From Acidobacteriota bacterium (GTDB lineage Bacteria > Acidobacteriota > Thermoanaerobaculia > Gp7-AA8), in the NCBI GenBank assembly GCA_021325515.1, contig JAJPHC010000051.1, positions 27,998-91,997 of the forward strand: a stretch of 64,000 nucleotides of DNA, written 5' to 3'. How positions within the stretch are numbered: the first letter of the stretch is position 1; every line of letters begins with the position of its first letter. Both the position numbers and the translations under genes were made by a program. This document shows positions 48,166-57,207 of the stretch, piece after piece. Under the pieces are notes generated by a model. The model was given only the letters and a program-made list of their open reading frames with translations. It ran no database searches and was not told the DNA's origin.

Positions 48166-48573
48166 ATGAAGCTTTACACGCACCTCAACTTTGGCGGCAA
48201 CTGCGAAGAAGCATTCCGCTTTTACGAAGAGCATCTCGGTGGAACGATCACGATGATGATGAAGGCGAGTGAGCTGCCGCCCGGCATGAAACCACCGGGC
48301 CCCACGAATGCCGTCATTCATGCCCGCATGCAGATCGCCGGAGTGGAGTTGATCGGAAACGACGTGCCACCCGAGCATTTCAAACCGGTGCGAAGCTCCT
48401 ATCTCTATCTCGCCGCCGGCTCATCCGAAGAAGCCAGCAGGATCTACGAGATCCTCGAGGAAGGAGGAACCGTAAGCATGCCGATCTCCGAGACGTTCTT
48501 CGCCACGAAGTTCGGCCAGCTGCGCGACCGTTTCGGAACGTTGTGGACCATCATTCACGAGCGGCCACGATGA
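48166..48573 (+). CDS. VOC/glyoxalase-family protein (PhnB-like)
   Basis: 135 aa. ..NFGGNCEEAFRFYEEHLGG...GTLWTI matches the PhnB/3-demethylubiquinone-9 methyltransferase-like VOC fold. Confidence 0.7.
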   Translation: MKLYTHLNFGGNCEEAFRFYEEHLGGTITMMMKASELPPGMKPPGPTNAVIHARMQIAGVELIGNDVPPEHFKPVRSSYLYLAAGSSEEASRIYEILEEGGTVSMPISETFFATKFGQLRDRFGTLWTIIHERPR

Positions 48574-49034
48574 ACGGCTGCCGATGACGGCTGCTCGACA
48601 ACGGCCTTGAGATCGTTGAGATCCTGCAGAATCGCTTTCTTCACCACACCCTTGAAGAACACCATGGGGAGCGCCTTGAGGGATGCGAGGAGCCCTTGAG
48701 GCTTCGTCTCATGAGCGCTCGTCACTGTAATTCCATCGGCGCTCTCGGACAGCCGCATCGTCGTGAGAAACAGGAATCCGTCGCTCTCGGCTTTCGTCCT
48801 GTAGAACTCATTTTCGACGGCATCGGTGATTTTCTTTTCCACGGTCGCCGGCTCGCCGAACAGAATCCGCGTCTCGCGCCATCTCAGTCCCACAATACCG
48901 GCCAGGGGCTTTTCGACGATGTCGATGCGCTCGACTCCGCTCAGCGCCGCGGCGGCATTCTCGATATCGGTGATCGCCGCCCAGGCCGCGGCTCTCGATC
49001 CCTTCATGGTCACCGAAGCTTCGACAATCATGCA
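48555..49034 (-). CDS. SRPBCC (START/Bet v1-like) family protein
   Basis: Start taken at MIVEASVTMKG..; size and alternating pattern are SRPBCC-like. The convergent 19-nt overlap with the VOC gene is tolerable. Confidence 0.55.
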   Translation of the reverse strand, partial: CMIVEASVTMKGSRAAAWAAITDIENAAAALSGVERIDIVEKPLAGIVGLRWRETRILFGEPATVEKKITDAVENEFYRTKAESDGFLFLTTMRLSESADGITVTSAHETKPQGLLASLKALPMVFFKGVVKKAILQDLNDLKAVVEQPSSAAVHRGRS

Positions 49035-49145
49035 GCTCCTCCCGTCGCGAACGCGCTGTCGGAACACATCGCGCGCACACGGCCGCAATCATAATGAACC
49101 TGAACGGCGGCATCAGCACCGCTGCACTGCGTTAATACGCCGCTC

Positions 49146-50198
49146 TTATGCGACGGCCGGTTGGCGCAGGAGCACGATCTTGCCCGTCACACCGCCTGTC
49201 CCGAGCAGCTGGTGGGCGTGCCTCGCTTCCACTAGAGGAAAACGCTGCGCGATGAGCGGCTTGATCTTCTCCTCACGAAGGAGATCGAACAGAGTGATCA
49301 GGTCCTGTCGGAACAGTGCAGGTCTCAGCCGTTTGAGCCACTGGATACTGTAAGTCACCACGCGCTTCCGTTGTGGCAGAAGCCAACTGCCGGCGGTGTA
49401 GAAGGCGAACATGGCGATTGCACGAAAGCGATGGCGGCCACCCGATTGACTTGAAGGCAATCGCCCGCCGCGCAGTGAGCCGGTGAGGCCGTAGGCGACG
49501 ACCCTGCCGCCCGGACGAAGCGCATTGCGTGCGCGCCAGATCTCGCTGCCGCCCAGGCCGTCGAAAACGACGTCGACCCCGTCGCCGGTGAACCGGCGGA
49601 TTTCCGACACGTAATCCTGAGAGTGATAATCGATCGGCATGGCGCCCATGGCGGAAACAGCCGCCGCGGCTCGCGCCGAACAGGTGCCGTACATCTCGAG
49701 CCCGGCGAGGCGGCCGAGCTGCAACAGTGCCGTGCCGACGCCTCCTGCGGCGCCCTGGATCAACACGCGCTGCCCGGGCCGGACGTTGGCAGCCCGATGC
49801 AGCATCTGATAAGCGGTGATGTAATTCAGGATGAGGCTCACGGCCTCTGCCGGATCGAGCCCGGCAGGCACCGGAACGAGCTCGCGTTGCGGCAGGCAGA
49901 CGAGCTCCGCATACGCGCCGCTGATCGGGAGCGCGGCGACCATCTGTCCCGGCTCGAGTCCAGAGACGCCGTCGCCGAGCTGGTCCACGAGGCCGACAAG
50001 ATCCCAACCTGGCGTGAATGGCAGCCGGGGCGTCTCAGGGTGAATGCCCTCGCGCATCATCACATCGGGTAGTGAGACGCCGGCGGCCAATACCCTTACC
50101 CGCACTTCACCGCGCTTCGGCTCCACGCACGCTTCTTCGACCACCTGAAGCGCATCGGGCCCGCCGTACTGAGTGACAAGGATGCGCGTGTATTTCAT
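49146..50198 (-). CDS. zinc-independent MDR-family quinone oxidoreductase / alcohol dehydrogenase
   Basis: 350 aa; MKYTRILVTQYGGPDALQVVE..; GAAGGVGTALLQL Rossmann motif. Confidence 0.8.
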   Translation of the reverse strand: MKYTRILVTQYGGPDALQVVEEACVEPKRGEVRVRVLAAGVSLPDVMMREGIHPETPRLPFTPGWDLVGLVDQLGDGVSGLEPGQMVAALPISGAYAELVCLPQRELVPVPAGLDPAEAVSLILNYITAYQMLHRAANVRPGQRVLIQGAAGGVGTALLQLGRLAGLEMYGTCSARAAAAVSAMGAMPIDYHSQDYVSEIRRFTGDGVDVVFDGLGGSEIWRARNALRPGGRVVAYGLTGSLRGGRLPSSQSGGRHRFRAIAMFAFYTAGSWLLPQRKRVVTYSIQWLKRLRPALFRQDLITLFDLLREEKIKPLIAQRFPLVEARHAHQLLGTGGVTGKIVLLRQPAVA

Positions 50199-50345
50199 CG
50201 ACGGTCGTCGTCCAAAATGCGTTGCGGCGTTTACCGAATTCGTAGTGCGTCACCTGCCGGGCGATCAGTGCCGCAGCTCACAAGAGGCTGTGACGCCGCA
50301 GGGCGCGCCGCGGCCGCGCGCTGGGGCAGCGACCAACAGGAGCCG

Positions 50346-50576
50346 TCAGTTAGGCGCGCCTGCCTTTGCGCACGACGCGATTGGCTTGCTTTCGTCGGTG
50401 CACTGGCAAACCGCGATGAAGCCGGCCTTGCACGTAACACTCGCCGTTGTCGCAACAGCGGTTCTCGCAGGATACTTGATTTCACACTTGTTGCTGCCGG
50501 AGAGTGACACGGGCGGTCGCCAACTGCCGCACGAGAGAAGCAGGCAGCCGGCGAACGGTACGATCTGTCGATACAT
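50346..50576 (-). CDS. possible small Cys-rich lipoprotein
   Basis: MYRQIVPFAGCLLLSCGS... (lipobox-like LLSC) followed by a 58-aa region with 6 Cys. No strong RBS; weak call. Confidence 0.25.
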   Translation of the reverse strand: MYRQIVPFAGCLLLSCGSWRPPVSLSGSNKCEIKYPARTAVATTASVTCKAGFIAVCQCTDESKPIASCAKAGAPN

Positions 50577-50671
50577 CATTCGCATGTTCAGTTCTGCCGC
50601 GGAAGCGGTCGCCGGCTGCGGGCCGTGAAAATAGTCTAGCACGCGGTGTCGCAATCCGCTGCAGCGGCTGG

Positions 50672-51232
50672 TTAGTCTCGCTCGCGCCGGAAGTGCATGG
50701 CGACCGCGCCATTGCGGAGCGGCCTCGCCGAGATCAACTCGAGCCGGCGCGTGCCGGGAAGCCCGCTCTGGTATAGCGTCGGGCCGTGGCCAGCGATCCT
50801 CGGGTGGACGAGGAACTTGTACTCGTCGATCAGTTCCAGCCGATCCAACTCCGTCGCGAGCTTGCCGCTGCCGAGGAGCACGCCGGCCGGGGTCTCGTCC
50901 TTCAGCTTCTTCACTGCAGTGCTGAGGTCACCCTCGATGTGGTGACTGTTGGTCCACGGGAAGTCCCTTCGGGTCGACGACACCACGTATTTCGGCTTGG
51001 CCTCCAGTTTGATCGCCCACTCGCGAATTGCTGGCGGCGCATCCTCGTCGCCGCGGGCGACCGCGGGCCAGTAGCTCTCCATCATCTCGTAGGTGACTCG
51101 GCCCCACAGCATCGCCCCACCCTCGTCTATGAGGCGAGTGAAGAAAGCATGCGTCTCTTCGTCGGCGATTCCCTCGCGGTGATCGACACAACCATCCAAA
51201 GTAACGTTGATACTGAAGGTCAGCAGTCCCAT
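50672..51232 (-). CDS. dihydrofolate-reductase-like (RibD C-terminal domain) family protein, paralogue of 47427-48038
   Basis: Start at MGLLTFSINVTLDGCVDH...; same fold pattern and a similar C-terminal ..GT.RLEL...R....V as the other copy. Confidence 0.7.
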   Translation of the reverse strand: MGLLTFSINVTLDGCVDHREGIADEETHAFFTRLIDEGGAMLWGRVTYEMMESYWPAVARGDEDAPPAIREWAIKLEAKPKYVVSSTRRDFPWTNSHHIEGDLSTAVKKLKDETPAGVLLGSGKLATELDRLELIDEYKFLVHPRIAGHGPTLYQSGLPGTRRLELISARPLRNGAVAMHFRRERD

Positions 51233-51405
51233 GGCGGCGAGTGTACTCGGGGTTGGGCGGGCCGCTCGACTGTCACTTGCCAACTCGCAGCGCTTAACAG
51301 ACCGGGGTCAGCAACAGCCACACGGCACATCTTCACCAACCACGTCGCGACGACGCCGAGACATTTTTCTCTACCGCGAGATGGGACAGGAACGCGTGTT
51401 AGAAA

Positions 51406-52047
51406 TCAGATGAACCCGTGATCGATCGCCTTCAAGACTGCGCGCGTACGGTCTCTCACTCCCAGCTTCGACAGCACGCTCGAGATGTGATTCTTCACGG
51501 TCCCTTCACTGATCGCGAGCAACTGCGCGATCTCCGCATTCGAGTATCCGCCGGCCAGCAGCCTCAGGATCGTCTTCTCGCGATCCGTCAGCGCCTCGGG
51601 CAGCTCCGCCGACTCGAAGGCGACATTGCTCCGCTCCAGCGCACGCATGATCCGCTCCGTGATCACCGGCTCGATGCATGTGCCGCCCGCCGCGACCGTG
51701 CGAATCGCCGCCGTCAACCGCTCGAGCGACACATCCTTCAACAGCCAGCCCTTCGCGCCGGCACGCACGGCCTCGAACAACATTGCGTCGTCGTCGAATG
51801 TCGTGAGAATGAGCGTGGGACGCGAAGTCCCGCGCTCGCGCAGCCGCCGAAGAACGCCGAGGCCGTCGAGCCGCGGCATGCGGAGATCGAGGAGCACGAC
51901 ATCCGGCTTCTCGCGCTCGATCACATCCACGGCCTCTTCACCATCCGCGGCTTCCGCCACCACGCTCACGTCGCTGTTGAGCCCGAGGAGGGAGCGAAGG
52001 CCCTGGCGCACGATCGTCTGATCTTCGACGAGGCAGACGCGAATCAT
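51406..52047 (-). CDS. NarL/LuxR-family response regulator
   Basis: MIRVCLVEDQTIVRQGL.. receiver domain, D-L-R-M-P; C-terminal LuxR HTH LTDREKTILRLLAGGYSNAEIAQLLAISEGTVKNHISSVLSKLGV. Confidence 0.9.
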   Translation of the reverse strand: MIRVCLVEDQTIVRQGLRSLLGLNSDVSVVAEAADGEEAVDVIEREKPDVVLLDLRMPRLDGLGVLRRLRERGTSRPTLILTTFDDDAMLFEAVRAGAKGWLLKDVSLERLTAAIRTVAAGGTCIEPVITERIMRALERSNVAFESAELPEALTDREKTILRLLAGGYSNAEIAQLLAISEGTVKNHISSVLSKLGVRDRTRAVLKAIDHGFI

Positions 52048-53114
52048 GCGGGGAGCCTCACGAGCACATGGAAGCCGTGGCCGCGCATCGACGAGACCTC
52101 GATCGAGCCGCGCGCCTCCTCGACGCGCTCGCGCATGCCGCGCAGGCCGTTGCCGAAGCGCACGTCATCGGTCCCGCAGCCATCATCGCGCGACTCGATC
52201 GTGAGCCCGGCATCCGTGGGCGTCAGCGTGAGCCAGAGGTTCCTCGCACCCGAATGCCTTACGGAGTTCGTGACGATCTCCTGAATCGCGCGCAGCGCAA
52301 CCTGCGCCAGCGCGGGGTCGCGTAGCCCGAGGTCGGGAGGCATCTCGAGATGGAGGGCCGGCTTGTGAATCACATTGCCGAGGGAGCGGATGGCCGACGC
52401 GAGGTCGACCGGCTCGTCTTCGCGCAGTCTGCTGACGACTTCGCGCACATCGCTCAGCAGCTCCTTCGTGATCGCCTGGCTCTTCTCGATCTGCGCCTTC
52501 GCCTCCCCCTCGGTCTGATGCCGCGCGACTTCGAGATTGATGCTGAGCGCCGCGAGGTGATGCCCGAGAAGATCGTGCAGATCGCGCGCGATGCGCAGCC
52601 GCTCCGCGCTGCGGCTGTTCATCTCCAGCAGTTCGGTCGCGAGGTGCAGCTCCGCGTTAGCCCGCGCCAGCTCCTGCCGCGCCTGCGCCTCGTTGTTCGC
52701 GATGCGCGACATCAGGAAACCGAAGAGCTGAAAGGAAAAGTAGGTCACGACGAGCGCCAGCTCCGGCTTCGGGAAGGTGATTCCCATCACGATGGTCTGC
52801 ACCACGATCCAGGGAAGGGCGAACGAGATCGCATAGCGCCCGAGCTGACCGGCGACGATCACGAACAGGACCGGCTGGAGCCCTGACGGCTGGAACGCAC
52901 AGCAGGAGAGTGCAGCGATCGTCTGTGCCGCGATGCTCGCCAGCGGCGCGCGTTCGTGGATCGCGTAACAGACGATGAACAGCAGATACGAGACGGCCCA
53001 CGCGATGCCTTTCGGCGCCGTCAGCTGCTCGCGCTGCATTTCCCAGGCGATGCTCGGAATCGCCACCGAGATCCAGGTGAGCCAGGCGACGAGATTGATG
53101 GCGCGAATTTCCAT
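52044..53114 (-). CDS. sensor histidine kinase (HisKA_3 / NarX-DesK type) with N-terminal TM domain
   Basis: IARDLHDLLGHHLAAL H-box typical of HisKA_3; HATPase_c C-terminus; 4-nt overlap with the regulator gene. Confidence 0.8.
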   Translation of the reverse strand: MEIRAINLVAWLTWISVAIPSIAWEMQREQLTAPKGIAWAVSYLLFIVCYAIHERAPLASIAAQTIAALSCCAFQPSGLQPVLFVIVAGQLGRYAISFALPWIVVQTIVMGITFPKPELALVVTYFSFQLFGFLMSRIANNEAQARQELARANAELHLATELLEMNSRSAERLRIARDLHDLLGHHLAALSINLEVARHQTEGEAKAQIEKSQAITKELLSDVREVVSRLREDEPVDLASAIRSLGNVIHKPALHLEMPPDLGLRDPALAQVALRAIQEIVTNSVRHSGARNLWLTLTPTDAGLTIESRDDGCGTDDVRFGNGLRGMRERVEEARGSIEVSSMRGHGFHVLVRLPA

Positions 53115-53179
53115 GCCGTGTGTTTCGATGATTCTAGTGCTCTACGAAGCAACCGCGGACGCGACGTCCGCGCTCCACT

Positions 53180-54271
53180 TCAGAAGTAGAGGCGGGCTCC
53201 GGCGGTTACGGCCCGCTTGATCTGCACGTACGACAACTCACTGCCGCTGCCTCCGAGGAATTCCGTGTCGATGAGATACGCGCTCACATTCGAAAGAAGT
53301 TTCCGCGTCAGCGTAAGGCGCAGGATCGACGACGCATCGCGCAGATTCGTGATGGCGATCGTCTCGACGTCGTACTTCGCAAACGGCACGTCGAGACGCA
53401 CGAACGCATAATTGCGGGCCATCTGCAGCGGCGCGAACCGCCGGTTGGCTTCCCGTAGATCGCGCTGCGCGAGCTGCCGCACCTCCTCCCACCCGCTCCT
53501 CGTCAATCCCTCCCCGCTCCGATACACCTCGGCCACCACATTCACGTTGTGCCGGAACGTGTACTGCACGCCGGCGAGCGCATGACGCCGGGAGACCTCC
53601 CCATGAATCTCGAGCGCATCGCCGATCACGCGCGCCAGACTCACTCCCTGGCGCATGCCGTCGCGATCGCGATAGAGGTGCAGCGAAACGTCAGTCCCGA
53701 GGATGAGGCGGTAGACGCGCGCGGCGAACCTCTGATGCTGCATCGCATAGAGCGACACGCTCGTGCCGGAGAAGAAGAGATCCGCCTTCAACGCGTCCGT
53801 CCCGCGATACGCGGAGCGCCGGTCGTTGGGATCCGCCGGATTCTTCGGCGGCGAAACGAACGCCGCCGGATTCCACGCGTATCCCGTCCCCCACTTCTCG
53901 ATGATGCGTCCCGCGGTGATGTCCAGCCACGGCCGCGGGCTCAGTTGCAGAAAGGCCTCGCTCGCGCGCAGCCTGTCTGCGGCGCGATCCGACGAATCGG
54001 CGCGCAGCTTGAGGTGAATCTTCCACGCGCGATCGTTGCCCGTGGCATCGATGAAGGCCGCCGCATCGCCGGTGTTCGCCGTACGCGGAATCGATGCGAT
54101 ATTGCGCGGATTCAGCGGTGACGAACAATTCGCCGGCGTGAAGAGCGACTCCGCGCCGGCCGATCCGAACACGCGCAGAGTCGCAGCATCGAGGTGAGTT
54201 GCGACAACGCAGCCCAACAACAACCACGCGCCCCAGCGCCCCAGCGTCCCAGCGCCCCGAAAGCTCACCAT
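53180..54271 (-). CDS. outer-membrane beta-barrel protein (last gene of ABC / LolA-like operon)
   Basis: Start MVSFRGAGTLGRWGAWLLLGCVVA (rc ATG 54269-54271) overlaps the upstream stop (ATGGTGA). Ends ...GARLYF, an OMP signature. The upstream 137 aa of the track ORF are artefact. Confidence 0.55.
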   Translation of the reverse strand: MVSFRGAGTLGRWGAWLLLGCVVATHLDAATLRVFGSAGAESLFTPANCSSPLNPRNIASIPRTANTGDAAAFIDATGNDRAWKIHLKLRADSSDRAADRLRASEAFLQLSPRPWLDITAGRIIEKWGTGYAWNPAAFVSPPKNPADPNDRRSAYRGTDALKADLFFSGTSVSLYAMQHQRFAARVYRLILGTDVSLHLYRDRDGMRQGVSLARVIGDALEIHGEVSRRHALAGVQYTFRHNVNVVAEVYRSGEGLTRSGWEEVRQLAQRDLREANRRFAPLQMARNYAFVRLDVPFAKYDVETIAITNLRDASSILRLTLTRKLLSNVSAYLIDTEFLGGSGSELSYVQIKRAVTAGARLYF

Positions 54272-54942
54272 TTGCCCAACGCATCCTTCGTAAACATCCG
54301 GTCGGGGTTCTCGTGCGGCGCGAGATGCGCGTACTGCATCACCGTCGTGTTGCCGGGCCGCAGCAGATCCTCGATCTCGATGCGCAGACCATGCTCGCTG
54401 TAATGCGCGCGCTTGATCAGCTTGCCGCTGACCACGTAGAAATCGGCGCGCGAAGGCTCGCTCGTCTTTCTGTCGACCCAGAGGCGCACGCGCGCATACG
54501 CGATCGACGGATCCTTCGCCGCGAGGTCGAGCACCCACGAGTCGCCTTCGGCCGTGACACCGGCCGCGTTGTAGTCGATCGCGAAGTTCGTCCGCGCGAC
54601 ATCGCCATTCGATGCCTGCCCCATCAGCCGCTGCAGCGGCGAGATGCGAATCGGCCGGCTCGCCGACGGCAGGTAGATCCACATCGCGTCGCGCAGCATC
54701 AGCAGGTATTTCCCCTTGTCCGATGCAGGCGCAACAAACTCGACGACACTGCGATCGCTCCCCTTGCCGTAGACGCGGAACTTCGACGACTCCGAGGCCG
54801 TGCCGCTGATCGAAGTCAGCGAGACATCGACGGAAAAACTCGGAAGCGGATTGCGAGCCGCATCAACTCTGGCCAGGATCGCCGCGCCATCCTCTGCAAA
54901 CAGAGGAAGCGCAAGAAGGACAATACAAAGTAGCCGTTTCAT
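54265..54942 (-). CDS. LolA-like outer-membrane lipoprotein-sorting / periplasmic carrier family protein
   Basis: Signal peptide MKRLLCIVLLALPLFA; about 200 aa beta-rich; family commonly encoded with FtsX-type ABC transporters. Confidence 0.55.
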   Translation of the reverse strand: MKRLLCIVLLALPLFAEDGAAILARVDAARNPLPSFSVDVSLTSISGTASESSKFRVYGKGSDRSVVEFVAPASDKGKYLLMLRDAMWIYLPSASRPIRISPLQRLMGQASNGDVARTNFAIDYNAAGVTAEGDSWVLDLAAKDPSIAYARVRLWVDRKTSEPSRADFYVVSGKLIKRAHYSEHGLRIEIEDLLRPGNTTVMQYAHLAPHENPDRMFTKDALGKW

Positions 54943-54963
54943 GAAAGGTCTCCTCCCTGCCGC

Positions 54964-56166
54964 TTAGATGTGTCCCAGCGCATCGACGATCTTCATCCGC
55001 GAGGCCTTCATCGCCGGCACGATCGACGAGATCGTCGCGGTGACGAATGAGACGAGGAATGCGGTGATCAGCACCGGCGGCTGCAGCATGATCTCGAGGC
55101 GATAGCCGAGCGTGTATCCCGGCGGCGGCGGGAGCATCACGTGTCCGTGATTGATGATCGTCGCCAGGAGCCAACCGGCGCTGACACCGAGGAGGCCGCC
55201 GATGATGCCGATCCCGATGCCTTCACCGACAAACATCGCGCGCAGGCGTCCGCGCGTCGTCCCCATCGCCATCAGCGTTCCGATCTCGCGCGTCCGCTCG
55301 AGCACCGACATCAGAATCGTGTTCGCGACGCTGAAGACGACGATGGCGAAGACCACGATGCCGAGGAAGCCGAAGATGCCGTTATAGAGGGCGACGACCT
55401 GGTGGTAGAACGGCGCGAGCTCCGACCATTCCCTGATCTCGATGCCGTGCACGCGCGCCGCGATCGCGCTGTGCGCCGCGGCCGTCTCGTCCGTGTTCTG
55501 CAGAAAGACGAGCAGCTTCTCGATTTTCTTCGTCTGCAGGAGTTGCTGCGCGCCCGCGATCGGCATTTTCACCGCGCGCTCGTCGTACTCCTTGACCCCG
55601 GTCATGAAGATGCCGGCGACGCGCACGTCCATCGCGTTGAGCGAGCCGCTCGTCGTAGTGGTCATGATCGTGAGGTAGTCGCCCGGCTTCGCGTGCATCG
55701 ACTTCGCGAGCCCGGCGCCGACGAGCACGGCATCGCTCTCGCCGTCGGGAAGATCGGTGCCGGCCGTGAGCCGCTGATTGTTCATCGCGCGGTCCTTCGG
55801 CGGCTCGACCGCGGTGGCGAGGAATGTCTCGGACTTCTCGCCATTGGAGACGAGTCCCATCAGCGTGATCTGCGCGGCGGTCATCTTCACGCGCGGATCG
55901 CGCTCGATCTCCTTCCGGATCGCCGTCGGATCCTCGATTCCGTATTCCAGCGGCTTGTGCGACTGCGCTTTCGAATAGCCGTCGCGGAAGATCTGCAGAT
56001 GCCCGATGCGGCCGCGGATGGTGCTCTCGCGCAGGGCGTAGAACGTGCGCGCTTTGTAGCCGCCGAAGAGGATGAGTCCGACGGCGCCGAAGACGATGAC
56101 GGTGAGTGTGATCGCCGAGCGGCGGCGGTTGCGGAGGATGTTGCGCAGTGCGAGTTTGATGATCAT
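54964..56166 (-). CDS. ABC transporter permease, FtsX/LolCE/MacB-type (4 TM, large periplasmic loop)
   Basis: 400 aa; N-terminal TM, about 200-aa periplasmic domain, then three C-terminal TM helices with the FtsX signature ..ILMSVLERTREIGTLMAMG.. Confidence 0.8.
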   Translation of the reverse strand: MIIKLALRNILRNRRRSAITLTVIVFGAVGLILFGGYKARTFYALRESTIRGRIGHLQIFRDGYSKAQSHKPLEYGIEDPTAIRKEIERDPRVKMTAAQITLMGLVSNGEKSETFLATAVEPPKDRAMNNQRLTAGTDLPDGESDAVLVGAGLAKSMHAKPGDYLTIMTTTTSGSLNAMDVRVAGIFMTGVKEYDERAVKMPIAGAQQLLQTKKIEKLLVFLQNTDETAAAHSAIAARVHGIEIREWSELAPFYHQVVALYNGIFGFLGIVVFAIVVFSVANTILMSVLERTREIGTLMAMGTTRGRLRAMFVGEGIGIGIIGGLLGVSAGWLLATIINHGHVMLPPPPGYTLGYRLEIMLQPPVLITAFLVSFVTATISSIVPAMKASRMKIVDALGHI

Positions 56167-56177
56167 GGAAGACGCTC

Positions 56178-56906
56178 CTAAGCGGTGAGCAGCTCTGCCT
56201 GCTGCCTGCTGGCTGTTGCCGGCTGTCTGTCGTCCAGGCGGCCGTCGCGAATGCGGACGACGCGCTCGGCGCGCGCGATCAGCGACGGGTCGTGGGTCGA
56301 AAAGACGAACGTGCAGTTCGTCGCGGTGTTGATCTCCGCGAGCAGATCGAGAATGTGCGCGGCGGTTTCCGAATCGAGATTCGCCGTCGGCTCGTCGGCG
56401 AGGACGAGCTTCGGCTCGGTCACCATCGCGCGGGCGATCGCGACGCGCTGGCGCTGTCCGCCGGAAAGCTGATCAGGGCGCTGCTTCGCCTGATCCGCGA
56501 GCCCCACCTGCGCAAGCCAGCGGCGGACGCGCAGGTCGCGGTCGCGGCGCGGCATGTTCTGCAACAGCAGCGGGTACTCGACATTCTCATAGGCGGTGAG
56601 AACCGGAATGAGGTTGAAGGTCTGGAAGATGAAGCCGAGCGTGTCGCGGCGAAGCGATGCGAGGCGGTGCAGCGGAATCGCGGTCACGTCGGCGTCGTCG
56701 ATGACGATGCGCCCCTGATCCGGCTTGTCGATGCAGCCGATGAGATTGAGCAGCGTGGTCTTGCCGCTGCCCGAGGGACCGGCCAGCGCGATGAGCTCGC
56801 CGCGCGCGATCGTCAGATCGATCGCGTGCAGCGCCTGCACCCGCAGCCGCCCCAGCGGGTAACTCTTGCTCACGCTCTTCAGCGTGATGACGTCGTTGGA
56901 AGGCAT
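56178..56906 (-). CDS. ABC transporter ATP-binding protein (LolD/MacB-NBD-like)
   Basis: Start MPSNDVITLKSV; Walker A GPSGSGKTT; Q-loop; signature LSGGQRQRVAIARA; Walker B LVLADEPT. Confidence 0.9.
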   Translation of the reverse strand: MPSNDVITLKSVSKSYPLGRLRVQALHAIDLTIARGELIALAGPSGSGKTTLLNLIGCIDKPDQGRIVIDDADVTAIPLHRLASLRRDTLGFIFQTFNLIPVLTAYENVEYPLLLQNMPRRDRDLRVRRWLAQVGLADQAKQRPDQLSGGQRQRVAIARAMVTEPKLVLADEPTANLDSETAAHILDLLAEINTATNCTFVFSTHDPSLIARAERVVRIRDGRLDDRQPATASRQQAELLTA

Positions 56907-57016
56907 GTGTCGTCTCCTTGCACGCGTAATGTAAGGACGCGAGGGCGGCAGCACATGTGCGGAAAGGAGGGCGAAGGAACCATGACTTCTGGCAGGGGTG
57001 TTTCTACTCAGCGAGT

Positions 57017-57147
57017 CAAAAGCGAAATGCAGAATTCAGAATCACAGAATTCAGAATGAAGAATGGAAGCTCGAACAGTGCAGCGGGCGTGTCATTCCAT
57101 TCTTCATTCTGAATTCTGTGATTCTGAATTCTGAATTTTGCTTTTCG
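57017..57147. repeat. long perfect hairpin of tandem heptamers (CAGAATN)n: arms 57030-57068 and 57095-57133 are exact reverse complements (39 bp), 26-nt loop
   Basis: cagaattcagaatcacagaattcagaatgaagaatggaa ... ttccattcttcattctgaattctgtgattctgaattctg. It lies in the 300-bp divergent intergenic region between the ABC ATPase gene and ppk2. Confidence 0.9.
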
Positions 57148-57207
57148 TATCCCCTCTGAACGTTCGAAAACTGAGACCCGTTCGAGTTCCGGGGATAGAC
57201 TCCCGGC

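Noticed and set aside
50173-50628. 151-aa plus-strand ORF in the 50.2-50.7 kb gap
   Set aside because: No RBS, and Arg/Pro-rich artefact-like composition. The minus-strand small Cys lipoprotein candidate in the same gap is only weakly supported and is listed at low confidence instead.
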